A stretch of 52,559 nt of DNA, taken from a virus. Lineage: Duplodnaviria; Caudoviricetes. The position numbers and the translations under genes were made by a program. The stretch lies in IMG/VR virus record IMGVR_UViG_3300025828_000031, positions 1 through 52,559 of that record; one strand, given 5' to 3'. Below the pieces are notes generated by a model, which saw only the letters and a program-made list of their open reading frames with translations, did no database searches and was not told where the DNA came from. Shown one piece after another: positions 19,093 through 25,301 of this stretch. The first letter of the stretch is position 1. Every line of letters begins with the position of its first letter.

Positions 19093-21603
19093 TTACTCTA
19101 CTCGCACGTATAATGTATAAGTTTCAATGGTTGCAGGAGTACTAGTTAGTGTTTCTCCAGTGTACTGACCTGTGTATTGGTTTGTATAGTTTCCTGCGAA
19201 ATTAGTTGAATATGATCTAACACCAGAAAAATTACGAGTGCCGACGAAAGTTTGCGCGACAGTGTAAGTTGATGCATAATTTCTAGATCCACCAAATCCT
19301 CGAATACCTAAGAAATTTCTGGTTCCCACAAAAGCAGTGCTGACGCTATATTGAGCAGCATAGTTTCTTGAACCAGCAAATCCTCTTACACCAGCATAGT
19401 TTCTGGTTCCTACAAAAGTTATTGCTACAAAACCCGCGAAAGCAGCGGAAAACTGTGATGAGAATGTTGCTGGTCTTGGTCCCGTATAGTTTGCTGGCGT
19501 GACTCCTGCGAATGCTTGCGATACAGTAAAAGTTCTTGCTCCCAAGAAATTCCTGTTACCAGTATAGTTCGCTGGGGTAACTCCTAGAAAGTTTCTGGTT
19601 CCCAAAAAGTTTCTAACGCCACCATAGTTCGCTGGGGTAACTCCTAGAAAGTTTCTTTCTCCCGCATAATTCGCAGGAGTGACTCCCGCAAATGCTATCG
19701 AAACACCAAAGGTTGCGTTACTGGCAAAGTTGGCATTAGAAGCAAATCCATAAGTCCCCAAGAAGTTTTGAGATACGCCAAAGTTGGCGGGGCGTACACC
19801 CAGATAGTTTACAGTTCTAGATCCCAGAAAAGTTCTTGGACCAACAAAGTATCTAACACCAGTATAGTTTCTGACACCACCAAATTGCCAAATCCTAACA
19901 CCACCATATGATCGCCAACCACCGTATCCTCTAGTACCCACATAAAAATATGTGTTGTATAATGGAGGAGAGAAGTTACCAGGACCTGAAAAATAGGCAA
20001 AGACAGCAAAGTTTCCTGGCATCGGACCATTCCAGTTTATTGGTCTAGCATATGCCGCATTTCCAGAAGAAAAGTTATAGTTGGCAGAAAAGTTTTGAGC
20101 GACATTGGACGCAAAATTTGCAGAACGAGTACCAAGGAAGTTTCTTACGCCAGCAAAGTTTCTACTGCCAGTAAAAGTACGAGGTCCAGTAAAAGTTCTT
20201 GGTCCAACAAAGTTTCTAACTCCAGTATAATTCGCAGGAGTCGTACCAAGGAAGTTTCTAGTTCCCGCATAATTCGCAGGAGTCGTACCAAGGAAGTTTG
20301 TAGAAATAGCGAAGTTTCTTTCACCAGCATAATTCGCAGGAGTGACTCCTCCAAATGCTATCGAAACTGCAAAATTTCTTTCACCAACAAAACCTCGGAC
20401 TCCAGTATAGTTCGCTGGGGTAACTCCTAAGAAGTTAGCATCTCGAGTACCAACGAAATTATTAATCCTTTGACCTGTATAATTAGCAGGACGAGTTCCT
20501 GCGAAAGATTCATTCGCATTAGAAAAAGTTTGCGAGACACTATACGTTGCCGCATAATTTCTAGATCCACCAAAAGCACGAACACCAGTAAAGGAAAGGT
20601 TAGGATCAGCGAAGTTGGTTTCGACACTATATGTCGACGTATAATTTCTAGATCCGCCAAACCCCCTTACGCCAAGGAATCCAAGGTTAGGATCAGCGAA
20701 GTTGGTAGAGTAACTCCTAACACCAGCATATTGAACCTGAGAATAACCAGTGTACTGCCCTGAATATTGCACGTTATTTGTGGTGAAACGAGTATCTACT
20801 GCTGTACCACGTGCTTCCCAAGTTCCTGTAGCAGTTGGCGCTCCTTGTCCTGAAGTGCGAAGTTCATATGTTCCTACATCTCCATGCCTAAAATATTTTC
20901 CTGCTATTTGTCCAAAGGTAAGCGACATCTCTGCATCAGTCATCGCTTCTAAACCGCCATCGTATGACGCTAAAGGATATGTCCCATAATTTGAACGCCT
21001 GACGTGCATCGCATTACATTTCGCAGGAGCAGTAATAGTCTGTCTCTGCCAAATACTGTACTGAGTTACGTTGCCATTTGTAGTTGTATCAGTAAAAACA
21101 TTAGAAAGAGTGGCAGACCAGTCTCCGCTTGGAGCAGAGGCAGCAAGTCTCTGCGATCCAGGATACTCATTTGACTGTATAATTGACATGAGCGATTGTC
21201 CGATACCAACCATAGCATCAGAATCCATATCAAATATATTGCCATCCGATTCATAAACAGGACGACGAAACAATCCCGTACTCTGGTCGTCCAGTTTTAC
21301 TGCTCCGGAAGCACTATCACCCTGTAATTGATAGAGAGTAGTTGTGGTCGATCCAATAGAAAGCGAAGATCCTGGGTGTGTTCCTACTGCTTCATTGTAG
21401 AAAGTATCAGTGTACGAACCAATGGCAGAATCTCTATGCGCGATTGTAATAGATGATTTAATAGCAGTGGGACCCAGAGTCCCTCTTGAGGCAAAACGCA
21501 ATCCCGCCTGATACGCGAGATAGTTCTCATTAGTAGAAGTCGCCCTTTGCAAATTGCCAGACGCATCTTTTTGAATAATTGGTAACTTGTAAGGTTTCGC
21601 CAT
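19093..21603 (-). CDS. 836-aa fibre/needle protein with [NT][FY]xGxR repeats (paralog A)
   Basis: N-terminal ~270-aa domain homologous to 22855..25287 (GTHPG, APT.TGTWEARGTA.DT); long Gly/Arg/aromatic repeat region; C-terminal TYTLYVRV. Confidence 0.75.
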   Translation of the reverse strand: MAKPYKLPIIQKDASGNLQRATSTNENYLAYQAGLRFASRGTLGPTAIKSSITIAHRDSAIGSYTDTFYNEAVGTHPGSSLSIGSTTTTLYQLQGDSASGAVKLDDQSTGLFRRPVYESDGNIFDMDSDAMVGIGQSLMSIIQSNEYPGSQRLAASAPSGDWSATLSNVFTDTTTNGNVTQYSIWQRQTITAPAKCNAMHVRRSNYGTYPLASYDGGLEAMTDAEMSLTFGQIAGKYFRHGDVGTYELRTSGQGAPTATGTWEARGTAVDTRFTTNNVQYSGQYTGYSQVQYAGVRSYSTNFADPNLGFLGVRGFGGSRNYTSTYSVETNFADPNLSFTGVRAFGGSRNYAATYSVSQTFSNANESFAGTRPANYTGQRINNFVGTRDANFLGVTPANYTGVRGFVGERNFAVSIAFGGVTPANYAGERNFAISTNFLGTTPANYAGTRNFLGTTPANYTGVRNFVGPRTFTGPRTFTGSRNFAGVRNFLGTRSANFASNVAQNFSANYNFSSGNAAYARPINWNGPMPGNFAVFAYFSGPGNFSPPLYNTYFYVGTRGYGGWRSYGGVRIWQFGGVRNYTGVRYFVGPRTFLGSRTVNYLGVRPANFGVSQNFLGTYGFASNANFASNATFGVSIAFAGVTPANYAGERNFLGVTPANYGGVRNFLGTRNFLGVTPANYTGNRNFLGARTFTVSQAFAGVTPANYTGPRPATFSSQFSAAFAGFVAITFVGTRNYAGVRGFAGSRNYAAQYSVSTAFVGTRNFLGIRGFGGSRNYASTYTVAQTFVGTRNFSGVRSYSTNFAGNYTNQYTGQYTGETLTSTPATIETYTLYVRVE

Positions 21604-21635
21604 GACTATCTGCTATGCCGATAAATTTATTATTC

Positions 21636-21643
21636 TATTTATA
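21636..21643 (-). promoter_or_regulatory. Late promoter TATAAATA
   Basis: In an AT-rich gap about 33 nt upstream of the 836-aa gene. Confidence 0.8.
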
Positions 21644-21649
21644 CGTTTG

Positions 21650-22396
21650 CTATGACTGATAAACTTCTTTATCAGCAACAAAAGATCTATGATACAAGAT
21701 AACATCATCTGGCATAGGTTCCTTCCTGTGTTGTAACGACCAATAGTTCCAACGATCGTTTTCTTTAAATTCGCCAATCTTCAGGTCTTTGTACTTTTCT
21801 TCTTTGTTTACTAACCACCATAGAGTAAATTGATCCCAATGCTTTAGTCTTCGGGGATGCGTTTCTTGATCCCAGTCACCGTTTTCGTCTGTCGGCCACC
21901 ATTCGTCATTCATTTGCTTGTCGTATAGTTCAAACCAATCTTTCATGAACGGTAGCATTTCTTTTGTATAAAGACAAACTGCGCCGCAAAGAACAAATGT
22001 TCCTCCTGGCCAATGCGACTCTACAAATATGTCATGATTTTTTTCTTCTAGTATATTAAAAACCATGTCGTTGTCGCCCAACTCATCAAATACAGTAGCG
22101 ATGTCTTCGTGTAAACATTCCATATCAGCATCAATATAGAAGGTCTTATCGAAAGGACTTTGTGACATACCCCAAAGTTTAGCACGATAATGATCATCAC
22201 AATATACTACATGATCTGCTACTTCTTCACGACCATCACAAAACCGTTCTTCGACAACGAAGCATGTTTTTGCTTCAGGATAGTAATCTTTTATTTGTTC
22301 TAAAAGATTCACGCCCCAAGCATAGTACCGATAATCTTTTGAGGCAACTACTAAGAAACCATTATTTTCCGCTTTCATTGGCAACAGACAACCCAA
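21650..22396 (-). CDS. GT-A fold glycosyltransferase (GT8-like); start may be 22378
   Basis: KLWGMSQSPFDKTFYIDADM (DxD), WDQF and ILYH motifs. Confidence 0.8.
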   Translation of the reverse strand: MGCLLPMKAENNGFLVVASKDYRYYAWGVNLLEQIKDYYPEAKTCFVVEERFCDGREEVADHVVYCDDHYRAKLWGMSQSPFDKTFYIDADMECLHEDIATVFDELGDNDMVFNILEEKNHDIFVESHWPGGTFVLCGAVCLYTKEMLPFMKDWFELYDKQMNDEWWPTDENGDWDQETHPRRLKHWDQFTLWWLVNKEEKYKDLKIGEFKENDRWNYWSLQHRKEPMPDDVILYHRSFVADKEVYQS

Positions 22397-22832
22397 GTTC
22401 TTCCATCATAATTAGTTGCGCATACAAATTAAGTTCAACCACATTTTTAGAGCGACGAAGTTTACTCTTGAGAGTTTTATTGCTGGTGTTTTTAATCTGA
22501 TCTATTTCTAAAATTTTAATTTTTGCATCAAACAAAACTTCAAGGTCTTTTGCTTGTTGTTCCGCTTTCCTTCTTTGCTCTTCAACTTCTTTTTCTTTTG
22601 ACTTTCTTTCTCTGCGCTCAGCAGTATTAGCGTCGATCTTTTCTTCGCCAATTTCTTCCATGAGTTCTTTAAAGTCAGGATTTTCGTTACCGTTCACATC
22701 AAACTTGCGAACTGTAACAACTTGTGTGATTTCTCGACCACTCTCATCTGTGATGCTAAGGATTGCTTCCGCCATCTCTTTTTCATCATTATGCCAAAAA
22801 GCATTATCCAACCACTTTCGCTCTGCCATCAT
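22362..22832 (-). CDS. Hypothetical protein, possible chaperone or partner of the fibre/GT
   Basis: 156 aa with a charged coiled-coil middle; SD AGGAG; overlaps the GT start. Confidence 0.6.
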   Translation of the reverse strand: MMAERKWLDNAFWHNDEKEMAEAILSITDESGREITQVVTVRKFDVNGNENPDFKELMEEIGEEKIDANTAERRERKSKEKEVEEQRRKAEQQAKDLEVLFDAKIKILEIDQIKNTSNKTLKSKLRRSKNVVELNLYAQLIMMEELGLSVANESGK

Positions 22833-22854
22833 AATCTCCTATGATAAAAAATAA

Positions 22855-25287
22855 TTAAGTTGCTGACACTCTCACATATAATGTATATGTTCTAATTGTT
22901 CCTGGTGTAGCGACAACTGTTTGTCCAGTATATTGAGCACTGTATTGAGAAGTGTACGTGCTAGTATATTGTCCAGTGTATTGTCCACTATAGTATCCAG
23001 TATATAGTACTGCCCTTGTACCTGCAAATGTTATTGTAGCAGGACCAATGAAATTTCCCGAGTAAGGTCTACTTCCACCAAAGGTTTGCGGCGAAGATCT
23101 TACTCCAACAAAGTCATTAGAGAATGCTCTTACACCAGTAAAGGTTCTATCACTTACAAACTGTAGATTGTTGGATTGTCCGAGGTGCAGGAATCCTGTA
23201 TTATTGAGATAATATCTGACTCCTGCAAATTGACCCGCATAATTGCCCGAGTATGCTCTTGGCCCTGCAAATGTCCTTTGACCAACAAAACTTTGTCCTA
23301 TAATAAAGTGACCAGTGTTTGCGTCAATTATTGGACCCGTGCCCACAGGACGGACAAAGTTCTGAGCAGTTGCCCAATATCGAACACCAGTAAACGGAAA
23401 GTTTCTGGTTCCTACAAAAGTTATTGCTGCCCAACCTAGGAAGGGTTCGGGTGTATAATCGGTTGTCCATGCTCCAAAAGACAAATAGTTAAACTGTGGG
23501 AAGATAGGATTGACCGCAGTGAAGTTCTGGGCGGGTCCGGCGAAATATACTGGACTTGACTCAAATCCTCTGATTCCTGTATAGTTTCCTGTGAAATTGC
23601 TGGAATATTGCCTCTGCCCACTAAAATACCTAAACCCTGTATAAGTACGGATACCAGTGTAATTGCTCCCACGCGTGCCTGCCCAAGCGACGTTTGCCAC
23701 TGGGTTACCTACAGGGAAAGATGCTCCATTAGCGAGAAATTGTCTAGTCCCAGTGTACCAAATTCCGAAAGGTCTACTGCCCGTATAAGATTCTTGTAAA
23801 AACTGTCCAGGAACAACACCGCTAAATGCAATGGGGTTAGTGCCCCACTGCATAGGAGCGATGGGGACACCGCCTTGGTACGCACCCGCGAATGATCGTT
23901 GTCCAGCATATTGAGTAGCGAAATATCTTTCCCCTGTGTAAAATCTGGTACCAATGAATTCTCTCACACCAGAAAAATATCTTAAACCTGTAAAATACCT
24001 AACTCCTGTGTATGGTCGAGGTCCTGTATAATTAACTTGTCGAGATCCAAGGAATTGTTGGGGTCTTGGCCCAGTAAATGTGTTGGTGTACGGAAGATCT
24101 CTAGTACCACTAAAATATCTTAACCCTGTAAAATCTCTTGCTCCAGTAAAAGTGCGATCTGAAGCAAACGATCCAGTGTAGTATCTTACACCACTAAAGT
24201 TTCCAGTGAATTGTCCAGACCATGCTCTCGATCCAACATAATACCTTGACCCCACAAAGGTTCGTTGTCCCACGAACTGTTGAGTTTGCGGGCGCACACC
24301 AACAAAGGTATTAGTGAATGACCTTATGCCAACATATTGGTTAGTGTAATTTCTAACGCCAGCATAGTTGACCTGCCTAATGCCAACAAAGTTTTGAAAA
24401 AGTGTAGAATATCTTAGGTTAGTATAAGTGCCTAGATACTGACCAGTATACTGCCTAGCATATTGTGGACTGGTATACAACACCGTAGCATACTGAACGT
24501 TCTGTACAGTATTTTTAGTATCAAGTGCTGTACCTCTTGCTTCCCAAGTTCCAGATGCAGTGGGTGCACCGTCAGAGTCAGATCTAAGTTGATATTCCCC
24601 TACTCCATTAAGGTAATATCCCTGTTGGATCATACCGTTACCGATTTCACCAACTTCGGAAGCAGTCATTTCTTGGTAATCTTGATCACCAATTTTTTTG
24701 ATAGGGTAATATGCTTCCGGATCTACGTTTACAGTTTCTTTTCTCCAAATATGATAATTTGTAGAACCGTTTACTTTTGTGTCCGTAAAGACAGCATCAA
24801 TCCATTTAACATATTCAGATGTAGGTTGTGTTGCGCTTAAACGAAAAGAACCAACACCTTCCGTGGATACTGCTATATCGTTAACTCTTAATGCTAATGC
24901 GTTATAACTCGCAGAATCCATTTCATATAAAGCACCGTCTGAATCACAAACCACAAGTTTCGGAACTGCTCCATTAAAAGGAACTTGAGTTACAGCGTCG
25001 GTCATCTGGCGCAACGTAGTGGTAGTAGATCCACTACTAATAGAAGTTCCTGGGTGAGTACCGATCGGAGAAGTGTAAAAGGTGTCTCTGTAAACACCTA
25101 TATCAGAGTCATTAGCAGTATTGGTAAGAGTTAGGGATCCGCCATATCTTGCACCAACAGAATCGTATGCACCAACAAGACCCAGTCCACCTTCGTTCGC
25201 GAAGAGTGCTTCCTCCGCTGTGGTTAACTGTTTTAGGTCTCCACTAGAGTTTAGAATCTTTAGCGGTATTGTAGAAAACGCTGACAT
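22855..25287 (-). CDS. 810-aa fibre/needle protein with [FY]xGxR repeats (paralog B)
   Basis: Same architecture as 19093..21603; C-terminal TYTLYVRVSAT. Confidence 0.75.
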   Translation of the reverse strand: MSAFSTIPLKILNSSGDLKQLTTAEEALFANEGGLGLVGAYDSVGARYGGSLTLTNTANDSDIGVYRDTFYTSPIGTHPGTSISSGSTTTTLRQMTDAVTQVPFNGAVPKLVVCDSDGALYEMDSASYNALALRVNDIAVSTEGVGSFRLSATQPTSEYVKWIDAVFTDTKVNGSTNYHIWRKETVNVDPEAYYPIKKIGDQDYQEMTASEVGEIGNGMIQQGYYLNGVGEYQLRSDSDGAPTASGTWEARGTALDTKNTVQNVQYATVLYTSPQYARQYTGQYLGTYTNLRYSTLFQNFVGIRQVNYAGVRNYTNQYVGIRSFTNTFVGVRPQTQQFVGQRTFVGSRYYVGSRAWSGQFTGNFSGVRYYTGSFASDRTFTGARDFTGLRYFSGTRDLPYTNTFTGPRPQQFLGSRQVNYTGPRPYTGVRYFTGLRYFSGVREFIGTRFYTGERYFATQYAGQRSFAGAYQGGVPIAPMQWGTNPIAFSGVVPGQFLQESYTGSRPFGIWYTGTRQFLANGASFPVGNPVANVAWAGTRGSNYTGIRTYTGFRYFSGQRQYSSNFTGNYTGIRGFESSPVYFAGPAQNFTAVNPIFPQFNYLSFGAWTTDYTPEPFLGWAAITFVGTRNFPFTGVRYWATAQNFVRPVGTGPIIDANTGHFIIGQSFVGQRTFAGPRAYSGNYAGQFAGVRYYLNNTGFLHLGQSNNLQFVSDRTFTGVRAFSNDFVGVRSSPQTFGGSRPYSGNFIGPATITFAGTRAVLYTGYYSGQYTGQYTSTYTSQYSAQYTGQTVVATPGTIRTYTLYVRVSAT

Positions 25288-25301
25288 TCTATACTATCCT
25301 A

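Noticed and set aside
19125-24516. FxGxR repeats resemble invertebrate tachykinin-related peptides or a RiPP precursor
   Set aside because: There are no dibasic or amidation sites, signal peptide or dedicated protease. Nested symmetry and fibre context fit a structural role better.
19093-25287. Diversity-generating retroelement or invertible fibre cassette
   Set aside because: No reverse transcriptase or recombinase in the window; the repeats are in-frame and direct, and I saw no adenine-specific mismatch pattern.
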